NCBI GenBank assembly: GCA_963803065.1
Contig: CAWDKW010000013.1
Location: 101,729-165,728, forward strand
DNA: 64,000 bases
Origin: an uncultured Acidimicrobiaceae bacterium
GTDB lineage: Bacteria; Actinomycetota; Acidimicrobiia; Acidimicrobiales; RAAP-2
Direction: 5' to 3'
The notes beneath the pieces were generated by a model. That model made no database searches and had not been told where the DNA came from. It saw nothing but the letters and a program-made list of their open reading frames with translations. A program made the position numbers and the translations under genes. Shown piece after piece: positions 54,406 through 64,000 of the stretch (the first letter of the stretch is position 1; each line of letters opens with the position of its first letter).

Positions 54406-56505
54406 GTGCCCGTCAGACTTGCCATCGGCCTCGGCGTGACCGCGATCGCGTTTGCCATCGCGGGCAGACGCCTCTTCTGGCTCTATCGGCTGATCTCCGT
54501 CGGGCAGCCTGCGCCCGACCGGTTCAAGAACATCCCCAAGCGGGTCAAGGCCGAGCTGGTCGAGGTGGGCGGTCAGAAGAAGCTCCTCCAATGGACGGTC
54601 CCCGGTGTCGCCCACGCCATGACCTTCTGGGGCTTCACCCTCCTCCTTTTCACCATCCTCGAGGCCTACGGCTGCCTCTTCCAGCGGGATTTCCACGTTC
54701 CCCTGATCGGCCACACTGCCGTGCTGGGCTTTCTCGAGGATTTCTTCGCCGTGGCCGTGCTGTTGGCCCTGATCGTCTTCACCGTCATCCGGGTCAAGAA
54801 CTCGCCCAAGCGGGAGAACCGCCGGTCCCGGTTCTTCGGATCCCACACCACCGCCGCCTGGCTGGTCCTCGCCATGATCGCCGTGGTCATCATCTCCCTG
54901 CTCGGCTACCGGGCCGCCCAGGTCAACACGGGCAACTTCCCCTACGGCTGGTGGGCCTTCGCCTCCCATGGCCTCGCCAACCTCTTGCGTCCGCTCGGCA
55001 CCGGGGTCAACAGCGTCCTCGAGACGGTGCTGCTGCTCGTCAACGTCACCGTGATCACCGGCTTCCTGGTCTTCGTGGCCTACTCCAAGCACCTGCACAT
55101 CTTCCTCGCCCCCATCAACGTGGCCACCTCCCGGCGCCCCCGGGCACTGGGCCCGCTGGCCTCGACTCCCGACATGAGCATGGAGGACGTCGGCGACGAG
55201 GACGAGGTCGTCTTCGGAGCGGGCCGGATCGAGGACTTCTCCTGGAAGCAGCTCCTGGACATGGCCACCTGCACGGAATGCGGCCGGTGCCAGTCCCAGT
55301 GCCCGGCCTGGAATACCGACAAGCCCCTCTCGCCCAAGCTCGTGATCATGGACCTGCGGGACAACCTGTTCGCCTCGGCCGACCGGATCATGAAGCAGAA
55401 CCGCGCCGCCGGCCTCGAGGTCGAGAGCCTGGTCCCCTCGGTCATCGACCCCGACGTGCTGTGGTCGTGTACCACCTGTGGTGCCTGCGTCGAGGAGTGT
55501 CCGGTCGACATCGAGCACATCGACACCATCGTCGACATGCGGCGCTACGAGGTCCTGATGGAATCCCGGTTCCCCAGCGAGGCCGGGCTCATGCTCCGCA
55601 ACATCGAGAACCAGGGCGATCCATGGGGGCTGGGGGCGGCCAAGCGCACCGACTGGACCCAGAGCCTGGACTTCGAGGTCCCGGTGGTCACCGACACCAT
55701 CCCCGACGATGTCGAGTACCTCTATTGGGTGGGCTGTGCCAGCGCTCTCGACGAGCGGGCCCGAAAGGGCGCGCAGGCGACGGCGCGCATGCTCCGGCGG
55801 GCCGGCGTCTCGTTCGCCATCCTCGGCCCGAAGGAGAGCTGCACCGGTGACCCGGCTCGCCGGCTCGGCAACGAGTACCTGTTCCAGGAGCAGGCCAAGC
55901 TCAACATCGAGACGCTGCAGAACGCCGGGGCCAAGAAGGTCATTGCCAGCTGCCCGCACTGCTTCAACACGTTGTCCAACGAGTACCCGGCCCTGGGCGG
56001 GAACTTCGAGGTCATCCACCACTCACAGCTGTTGGAACACCTGGTCACGGCGGGCAAGCTCACCCCCGGCAACGGCTACACCGGTACGGTGACCTACCAC
56101 GACCCGTGCTACCTGGGCCGGCACAACCGGGTCTTCGACGAGCCCCGGACGGTCATCGGCGCCATCCCCGGGGCCAAGAACGTGGAGATGAAGCGCTGCC
56201 GCGAGAAGGGGTTCTGCTGCGGCGCCGGCGGGGCTCGCATGTGGCTCGAGGAGAACATCGGCAAGCGGATCAACATGGAGCGCACCGAGGAGGCGTTGGG
56301 AACGGGCGCCGACGTCGTATCGACCGCCTGTCCCTATTGCATGATCATGCTCGACGACGCGGTGCGGGCCAACCAGAAGGAAGACGACGTCCGGGTCCTC
56401 GATCTGTCCCAGCTGGTCGAGGAGTCGCTCGGTGAACCGGTACGTGTCGGTGCATCGGCACCGTCGACCGAGTCGGCCGGTGAATCAGAGGATGCAGCCG
56501 AGTAG
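54406..56505 (+). CDS. Membrane-bound Fe-S oxidoreductase (N-terminal polytopic domain, 2x[4Fe-4S] ferredoxin domain and two CCG domains; HdrD/GlpC-like)
   Basis: GTG start after AGGAGGAAGAGG. About 5-6 TM in the first 250 aa, then CTECGRCQSQCP and CTTCGACVEECP, then the CCG motifs WVGCA..CTGDP..CPHCFNTL and DPCYLGRHN..GFCCGAGG..CPYCMIML. It resembles the essential mycobacterial Fe-S reductase type (Rv0338c-like); this is from memory and not searched. Confidence 0.8.
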   Translation: MPVRLAIGLGVTAIAFAIAGRRLFWLYRLISVGQPAPDRFKNIPKRVKAELVEVGGQKKLLQWTVPGVAHAMTFWGFTLLLFTILEAYGCLFQRDFHVPLIGHTAVLGFLEDFFAVAVLLALIVFTVIRVKNSPKRENRRSRFFGSHTTAAWLVLAMIAVVIISLLGYRAAQVNTGNFPYGWWAFASHGLANLLRPLGTGVNSVLETVLLLVNVTVITGFLVFVAYSKHLHIFLAPINVATSRRPRALGPLASTPDMSMEDVGDEDEVVFGAGRIEDFSWKQLLDMATCTECGRCQSQCPAWNTDKPLSPKLVIMDLRDNLFASADRIMKQNRAAGLEVESLVPSVIDPDVLWSCTTCGACVEECPVDIEHIDTIVDMRRYEVLMESRFPSEAGLMLRNIENQGDPWGLGAAKRTDWTQSLDFEVPVVTDTIPDDVEYLYWVGCASALDERARKGAQATARMLRRAGVSFAILGPKESCTGDPARRLGNEYLFQEQAKLNIETLQNAGAKKVIASCPHCFNTLSNEYPALGGNFEVIHHSQLLEHLVTAGKLTPGNGYTGTVTYHDPCYLGRHNRVFDEPRTVIGAIPGAKNVEMKRCREKGFCCGAGGARMWLEENIGKRINMERTEEALGTGADVVSTACPYCMIMLDDAVRANQKEDDVRVLDLSQLVEESLGEPVRVGASAPSTESAGESEDAAE

Positions 56506-56613
56506 GGCGTGCGCCACAGGCCGGCCGGGCGCAGCTCTTGCTCGGGGGACGGCGCAGCCGGTCGGGCGGACCCGACTGGCCAAGAGACATGGTAGGCCGG
56601 AGAAACGGGCGCT

Positions 56614-57036
56614 TCAGTGAAAGGCCTTGGCGTCGGCTTCGCGTAGCCGCTCGGCCATGGTCGCCAGGAGCTTGCGAGCCAGTGACGGAATCGCGGTGAT
56701 GATGCCGTTGAACTGGCGCTGCCCGAGCACCAGGAGCAGCGACTCGGTGTCGGAGGTCACGGTGGCCGACCGCGGCTTCCGGTCGAGGAGGGCGAGCTCG
56801 CCGAAGTAACTGCCCGGTCCGAGCTTGGCCACCTTGCGCCCTTTGCGGGTCACCGTGGCCGAGCCGTCCACGATGATGAAGAACTCGCGCCCGATGGTGC
56901 CCTCTTCGGTCAGGACCTTTCCCGCCGGCACGGTCACCTCGTCGAGCGAGCTCCGGATCCTGCGGAGCTCGCGGGCCGAGCAGCTCGAGAAGAGCCAGAT
57001 GGTACTGAGGTCCAGTTCCTTCGCGCGTGAGGGCAT
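56614..57036 (-). CDS. Stand-alone cyclic-nucleotide-binding (CAP effector) domain protein
   Basis: 140 aa. GREFFIIVDG.., GPGSYFGELALLDRKPRSATV. No DNA-binding or other output domain. Confidence 0.8.
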   Translation of the reverse strand: MPSRAKELDLSTIWLFSSCSARELRRIRSSLDEVTVPAGKVLTEEGTIGREFFIIVDGSATVTRKGRKVAKLGPGSYFGELALLDRKPRSATVTSDTESLLLVLGQRQFNGIITAIPSLARKLLATMAERLREADAKAFH

Positions 57037-57151
57037 GCGGAAAGGCTAACCGGGCGGTCGTCTCTGCGCCCGGTAATCGAGCCGCAGGGCCTCGGGCCCG
57101 AACCGGGCGCAGTTTCGCGGACCCCTTCGTTGTCTGTAGCCTTGGGCACCC

Positions 57152-57976
57152 ATGGCCGGAGATTCAGCGCGCAGATCGGGGTCGGCCGACGCCGGCAACG
57201 GTCAGGGGGCCGGCCTGGGCGCCTGGCTCTCGGCCACCTTCCTGCGGCCGCCGAAACCGAGAGCGCCCGAAGCCGACGAGGCCGACGAGCGCCCGCTGAC
57301 CGAGGAGGAGCAGCGCAGGGAGGCCCGCATGCTCGATCCGACGGAGCGCAAGATCGGGATCGCGGCCACCGTGCTGGCCCTGATCATCAGCCTGGGGCTG
57401 ACCGTCCCCTACTTGGTCGATCGGCACCTGACCGTGAAGGTGAAACAGGCAGGGACGCCGACCGGGACCACCTGCTCGCCCGGGTTCACCTACTCGAAGG
57501 TGGGCAAACAGGCCGCCCAGTGCACCGGGAACGTGGTCTACCCGGTGAGCCACTGGCTCGTGTTGATGGTCCTGTTGCTGGTGTTCGCCCTCGCCATCTT
57601 CATCACCCTGCGTGTGGGCCGCCGCATCCCGCTGGGGTTCGCCATCCTCGTGTCCGGCATCGCCTATGAGAGCACCGTCGGGCTCCTCGGGCTCTTGTTC
57701 ATCGTCCCCGGCGCCTACCTCTTGTTCCGGGCCTGGAAGGTCAGCCGTCCGGACTCTCCAGCCGGTCAGGTGTCACCGTCGCGGAGCGGCCCGAAGGGCG
57801 GATCGCCCTCCCGTCGGCCCCAGCCCTCGGGCTCGGGGGGCTCGAACAAGCGCTACACGCCCAAGGCGCCTCCGGCCAAGCCGTCCTCGGGCAAGGCCTC
57901 TCCGGCCAGGTCGTCCTCGGCCAAGAGCGCTCCGGGCAAGCCCCGGAAGAAGCGGCCGGCCCCGCCCTCCTCGTAA
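57152..57976 (+). CDS. Hypothetical membrane protein with a P/S/K-rich C-terminal tail
   Basis: 274 aa. Three predicted TM (IGIAATVLALIISLGLTV, WLVLMVLLLVFALAIFITL, LLGLLFIVPGAYLLF) and a roughly 90-aa low-complexity tail. The start is uncertain. Confidence 0.5.
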   Translation: MAGDSARRSGSADAGNGQGAGLGAWLSATFLRPPKPRAPEADEADERPLTEEEQRREARMLDPTERKIGIAATVLALIISLGLTVPYLVDRHLTVKVKQAGTPTGTTCSPGFTYSKVGKQAAQCTGNVVYPVSHWLVLMVLLLVFALAIFITLRVGRRIPLGFAILVSGIAYESTVGLLGLLFIVPGAYLLFRAWKVSRPDSPAGQVSPSRSGPKGGSPSRRPQPSGSGGSNKRYTPKAPPAKPSSGKASPARSSSAKSAPGKPRKKRPAPPSS

Positions 57977-58042
57977 CGCAAGCCGTAAACGCGAGACGTC
58001 TCCTCCCCGCAGTCGTGCCTGATGAGCAGCGCGACTTGACAG

Positions 58043-58080
58043 TTAACACACCGGAAACCTCGACGTAGCCGATGGGAAAC
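58043..58080 (+). promoter_or_regulatory. Two GlnR boxes (a-n6-b-n6-a-n6-b) upstream of amtB
   Basis: TTAAC-acaccg-GAAAC-ctcgac-GTAGC-cgatgg-GAAAC. Both b-sites are perfect GAAAC and each a-site is 4/5 to GTnAC. All spacers are exactly 6 nt. The site lies 128-165 nt upstream of the amtB GTG. Confidence 0.55.
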
Positions 58081-58207
58081 AACGGGCGTGCAGAGTGTCC
58101 CCCAGCGGTGAGGCGACCGCCACCTGAAGTGCGCCGACCACGGTCAGCGCTCCCGGGAGGTTGGTACGCCTGGCCGGGAGTGTCACTTCGAGAGGAGAGC
58201 AGAGACC

Positions 58208-59608
58208 GTGTATATCCCGTACCCGCACTGGCTCAATCCAGGCGACAACACGTGGCAGATCGTGGCCGCAACGCTGGTCGGCTTGATGAGCCTCCCGGGC
58301 ATCGCCGTGCTCTATGGCGGGCTCGTCCAGAAGAAGTGGGCAGTGAACACCATGCTCATGGCCTTCTCGGGCTTCTCCCTCGTGCTCATCGTCTGGGTGC
58401 TCTGGGGATTCAACCTGGCTTTCGGCGTACCCGCCCACCTCGGTGGCGGCAATGCCCACAGCTTCTTCAACAACGTGATCGGCCACTTCCACCCGGCCGT
58501 GAGCCACTTCGCTGAACAGAACCAGGAGGTCCTGCCCGAAGGGACGCTGATACCGTTCCACTTCAACCAGGCCACGTTCATGTACTTCCAGGTGGTGTTC
58601 GCAGCCATCACGCCGCTCCTCTTCCTGGGCAGCATCATCGGCCGCATGAAGTTCAAGGCCTGGTGCATCTTCGTGCCCCTGTGGATCACCTGCGTCTACT
58701 CCGTCAACGCCTTCCTCATCTGGGGTGGTGGCTTCTTCGCCCAGAAGGGCGCAGTGGACTACTCGGGTGGGTACGTCATCCACCTCGCCGCTGGAGTCAC
58801 CGGCTTCGTCGCCGCCTGGGTGGTCGGGCCCCGGCTGGAACGAGATCGTCGGCACGGCGTGCCGAACAACCTGCCGATGGTGGCCGTGGGCGCCGGGATC
58901 CTGTGGCTGGGATGGAACGGGTTCAACGGCGGTGACCCGTTCTATGCGGGTGCCGATGCCACCTCTGCCGTGCTGAACACCAACCTGGCGACGGCCGCTG
59001 CGCTGCTCACCTGGATGTTCATGGACATGTTCTTCACCAAGCAGCGGAAGGCAACGTTCCTCGGGGCCATCAACGGCATGATCGTCGGCCTGGTGACCAT
59101 CACGCCGGGCGCAGGCTTCGTCAACGGCTACGGCGCCATCCTCGAGGGCCTGATCGCCTCGGCCATCGTGTGGGTGGCGTGGAACTACCTGTCCAAGGTC
59201 CGGCCGTTCTCCAAGGTCGACGATGCGCTCGGGGTGGTCTACACCCACGGCATCGCCGGCCTGTGCGGTGGTCTGCTGGTCGGGTTCTTCGCCGACCCGG
59301 GCATGATCGAGTACATCGGGCTGGGCAAGGCCGCACCCGGTTTCTCGGTGACCGGCTTGTTCTACAGCGGCTCGTGGCACCAGGAATGGGAACAGTTCAT
59401 CACTGCGGTCTGGGTGATCGTCTTCACCGCCATCGCCAGCTTCATCCTCTTGTGGATCGTGAAGCTGATCGTTGGGCTCCGTGAGCCGGACACGAACCTG
59501 GAGATCGGTGACGTCGCCGTTCACGACGAAGAGGCCTATCCCGAGGAGACCTTCGCCGAGAGGGTGGGCGCCGGCGTCGGTGCTCCCTCCGAGGAGCTGG
59601 AAGGCTGA
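58208..59608 (+). CDS. amtB: Ammonium transporter
   Basis: 466 aa. Motifs: AATLVGLMSLPGIAVLYGG, DYSGGYVIHLAAGV, LGWNGFNGG and THGIAGLCGGLLVG. Confidence 0.9.
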   Translation: MYIPYPHWLNPGDNTWQIVAATLVGLMSLPGIAVLYGGLVQKKWAVNTMLMAFSGFSLVLIVWVLWGFNLAFGVPAHLGGGNAHSFFNNVIGHFHPAVSHFAEQNQEVLPEGTLIPFHFNQATFMYFQVVFAAITPLLFLGSIIGRMKFKAWCIFVPLWITCVYSVNAFLIWGGGFFAQKGAVDYSGGYVIHLAAGVTGFVAAWVVGPRLERDRRHGVPNNLPMVAVGAGILWLGWNGFNGGDPFYAGADATSAVLNTNLATAAALLTWMFMDMFFTKQRKATFLGAINGMIVGLVTITPGAGFVNGYGAILEGLIASAIVWVAWNYLSKVRPFSKVDDALGVVYTHGIAGLCGGLLVGFFADPGMIEYIGLGKAAPGFSVTGLFYSGSWHQEWEQFITAVWVIVFTAIASFILLWIVKLIVGLREPDTNLEIGDVAVHDEEAYPEETFAERVGAGVGAPSEELEG

Positions 59609-59628
59609 CGTACACCCCCTAGGGCGGA

Positions 59629-59663
59629 CCGCCCCGTCCGAGCGCCAGTGCTCGGCGGGGCGG
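59629..59663 (+). other. 14-bp stem-loop between amtB and glnK
   Basis: CCGCCCCGTCCGAGC-gccagt-GCTCGGCGGGGCGG, flanked by the direct repeat GGGCGGACCGC (59622 and 59657). There is no U tract. Confidence 0.4.
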
Positions 59664-59710
59664 ACCGCTCGACCTTCGATCGCAGTTGCTAGTTCGACGA
59701 AAGGAAGTAG

Positions 59711-60052
<342 letters not shown>

Positions 60053-60163
60053 GCGCTCATTCGGGGAGACCTCGCCCCAACCCTTCGGTGAACGGCCGGT
60101 CCGCCTCGACCGGTCGTTCGCCGCGTCCGGCGCCCGAAGGCCGACCGCCGGATCGTCGACCGC

Positions 60164-60919
60164 TCAGCCGGCCTGGCGGGCGACGGCCGCCGCCGCCTCC
60201 TGGGCCGCCTTCGGATCGCCGAGGTACCGGCTGGCCGCCACCGTGAGGTCGTCGTTCAGGCGGTAGCGGAAGGGGATGCCGGTCGGTATGTCCAGGTCGA
60301 CGATGTCGTCGTCGCTGATCCCGTCGATGTGCTTGCGGAGGGCCCGGAGGCTGTTGCCGTGGGCCACGACCAGAACGGCCCCGCCCCGCCCGCCCGTGTC
60401 CAACAGGTCGGGCACGATCCGGTCCTCCCAATAGGGGACGGTGCGGGCGACCACGTCGGCCAGGCACTCGCTCCGGGGAAGGGCGTCCACCGGGATGTCG
60501 CGATAACGCGGGTCGCCGGCCGGATGGTGCTCGTCGCCGGGGGGCACCGGCGGCGGCGGCGTCGAGTAGCCCCGTCGCCATGCCATGAGCTGTTCGGGGC
60601 CGGCCTGTTCGGCCGTCTCCTTCTTGTTCTTCCCCTGGAGGGCCCCGTAGTGGCGCTCGTTCAGGCGCCAGTGGCGCCGGACCGGTAGCCAGGAGCGACC
60701 GGCCTCCTCGAGGGCGAGGTCGGCGGTCCGGATGGCCCGGGTCAGCACCGAGGTGTGGACCACCCGGAGGTCGAGGCCCGGCTCGTCCCGCAGCTGCCGC
60801 CCTGCCGTCCTGGCCTCGGCCTCACCATGGTCGGTGAGCGGCACGTCGTGCCATCCGGTGAAGCGGTTCTCGGCGTTCCAGGTTGACTGTCCGTGCCGCA
60901 GGAGCACCAGGTCGAGCAT
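60164..60919 (-). CDS. gpmA: 2,3-bisphosphoglycerate-dependent phosphoglycerate mutase
   Basis: Start at M69 ([23 protein letters not shown]). Also [15 protein letters not shown] and [11 protein letters not shown]. The upstream 68 codons run into the dnaK promoter region. Confidence 0.9.
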   Translation of the reverse strand: MLDLVLLRHGQSTWNAENRFTGWHDVPLTDHGEAEARTAGRQLRDEPGLDLRVVHTSVLTRAIRTADLALEEAGRSWLPVRRHWRLNERHYGALQGKNKKETAEQAGPEQLMAWRRGYSTPPPPVPPGDEHHPAGDPRYRDIPVDALPRSECLADVVARTVPYWEDRIVPDLLDTGGRGGAVLVVAHGNSLRALRKHIDGISDDDIVDLDIPTGIPFRYRLNDDLTVAASRYLGDPKAAQEAAAAVARQAG

Positions 60920-60976
60920 GGGATGAGCGTACCTCCCGCCTGCAATCCCCACGATGAGTCCCTCGCCATAGCAAAA

Positions 60977-61008
60977 CTTATTGCATAGGCACTCAAGTTT
61001 GCTATACT
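60977..61008 (+). promoter_or_regulatory. dnaK promoter (TTGCAT-N16-TATACT) overlapped by a HAIR-like element
   Basis: The -35 is TTGCAT (60981-60986) and the -10 is TATACT (61003-61008), in a locally A/T-rich island 180 nt upstream of dnaK. CTTATTG-N7-ACTCAAG (60977-60997) has a perfect right half and 3/7 of the left half of the HspR operator CTTGAGT-N7-ACTCAAG. Confidence 0.5.
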
Positions 61009-61091
61009 GTTGAATCGAAACAGGCGAGGAGAGGGACCGACCGAGCCCATCAGGGGTTGCAGCACGGCGATCCGGACAAGCCGCAGCAGTT

Positions 61092-61150
61092 CGAGACAGC
61101 AGTGCGAGACAGCAGTGCGACACAGCAATTCGACACGCAATTCGGGACAG
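61092..61150 (+). repeat. Tandem ~13-nt units in the dnaK 5' leader
   Basis: The units are CGAGACAGCAGTG x2 (61092-61117, identical), CGACACAGCAATT, CGACACGCAATT and CGGGACAG.. There are very few T residues. Confidence 0.8.
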
Positions 61151-61189
61151 AGAGAGCCTGGGACCCAGGCAGATGAGCAGGAGGCAACG

Positions 61190-63021
<1,832 letters not shown>

Positions 63022-63022
<1 letters not shown>

Positions 63023-63672
63023 TGAACGGTCCCGACCGGTCCCCCGATGACGAGGTTGTCGAGGATCCCGAGGACGCCGAAGTGGTCGATGCCGAGATCC
63101 TCGACGATCCGGCCGACGGCTCCGGCGGGTCGGCCGGGCCCGGCGCGCCTGAAGGCACGGGGCTCGGTGGCCCTGGGCCCGACGAGGGCGGTGTGGCCGA
63201 GGTGATCGTGGTCGATGACGACCCGATCGCCGCGGCCAGGGCGGAGCGCGACGAGTACCTCGACGCCCTCCGCCGCCTCCAGGCCGAGTTCGAGAACTAC
63301 CGCAAGCGGGTGTCCAAGCAGCAGATGGAACAGGTCGAGCGGGCAGCGGTGTCGCTGGTGGACAAGCTGCTGCCCGTTCTCGACGTGCTGGACCTCGCCG
63401 CCGAGCACCTCGGTGAGGCGGACTCGGATGAGGGCAAGGCGCTGGTGCAGGCCTCGGCGTTGCTCACTGACGTCCTGGCCAAGGAAGGGCTCGAGCGGCT
63501 CGACCCGGCCGGGGCCCTGTTCGACCCCAACGCCCATGAGGCGGTGGGCAATGTGCCGGCCGGCGAGGGGGAATCTGACGAAGAGGGGCCGACCGTGGCC
63601 CAGGTGATGCGGCCCGGGTACCGCTGGCGCGGGACGGTGGTCCGCCCGGCGATGGTGTTGGTGCGCAGCTGA
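63022..63672 (+). CDS. grpE: Nucleotide exchange factor GrpE
   Basis: 216 aa with an acidic N-terminus, then YLDALRRLQAEFENYRKR..LLPVLDVLD..FDPNAHEAV. An ATGA overlap links it to the dnaK stop. Confidence 0.9.
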
Positions 63673-63735
63673 GCGCACCGGCCGACTCGGTATCGGGACA
63701 GGTATCTGACAGAGAGGGACTGAGGCAAGACCACG

Positions 63736-64000
63736 GTGGCTCCGCAACGCGAATGGTTCGAGAACGACTACTACAAGACCCTGGGCGTCCCCGAGTCGGC
63801 GACGGCCAAGGAGATCACCAGCGCGTACCGGAAACTGGCCAAGAAGCACCATCCCGACACCAATCCCGGTCACGAAGACCAGTTCAAGGAGATCACCGCG
63901 GCCTACGACGTCCTCGGTGACGCCGCCCGGCGCAAGGAGTACGACGAAGTCCGGGCCATGGGCCCCATGGCCGGTGCCGGCGGGTTCCCCGGCGGCTTCG
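63736..64000 (+). CDS. dnaJ: Co-chaperone DnaJ, N-terminal J domain only (runs off the window)
   Basis: My translation from GTG ~63736 gives VAPQREWFENDYYKTLGVPESATAKEITSAYRKLAKKHHPDTNPGHEDQFKEITAAYDVLGDAARRKEYDE, with the HPD motif. It is not in the track because it has no in-window stop. Confidence 0.85.
   Translation, partial: MAPQREWFENDYYKTLGVPESATAKEITSAYRKLAKKHHPDTNPGHEDQFKEITAAYDVLGDAARRKEYDEVRAMGPMAGAGGFPGGF

Overview
64-kb chromosomal segment from a high-GC Actinomycetota-type genome. Taxon is an inference from gene content, synteny and regulatory motifs; nothing was computed.

Most of the window is core metabolism and transport:
- tetR plus a DHA2 MFS pump
- lon
- a pstB-pstS-pstC-pstA phosphate transporter, preceded by an orphan OmpR-type regulator
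- a fluoride riboswitch driving crcB-DUF190-crcB
- pgi and ohr
- a TetR-ThuA-GMC oxidoreductase cluster
- a two-component system
- a five-gene peptide ABC transporter
- tRNA-Gly and dcd
- an HdrD-like Fe-S protein
- amtB-glnK
- gpmA
- dnaK-grpE-dnaJ

I found no convincing new multi-gene system (defence, secretion or biosynthetic). The observations most worth a second look are:
1. A recurring class of short, A/C-rich, T-poor tandem repeats (11-18 nt units) immediately upstream of ohr, the DUF190 gene, dnaK and pstS. The ohr leader has no T for 90 nt.
2. Twelve single-base frame disruptions in seven genes, all between 21 and 46 kb. Eleven behave as one extra base, and six of the twelve fall in one acyltransferase-3/SGNH gene. 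This is either unpolished assembly or real gene decay.
3. A 1.8-kb decayed integrative element at tRNA-Gly(CCC), bounded by a perfect 69-bp direct repeat. It carries an integrase stump and a Cys-rich secreted protein of unknown function.
4. Hand-recognised regulatory sites: 11-nt phased PHO boxes, a perfect LexA/Cheo box, GlnR boxes, and a near-consensus dnaK promoter overlapped by a half HAIR.

CDS ends follow the ORF track, and starts were re-derived from residue indices. Small sites were read by eye and may be off by 1-2 nt. GC content, database searches and RNA folding were not computed.
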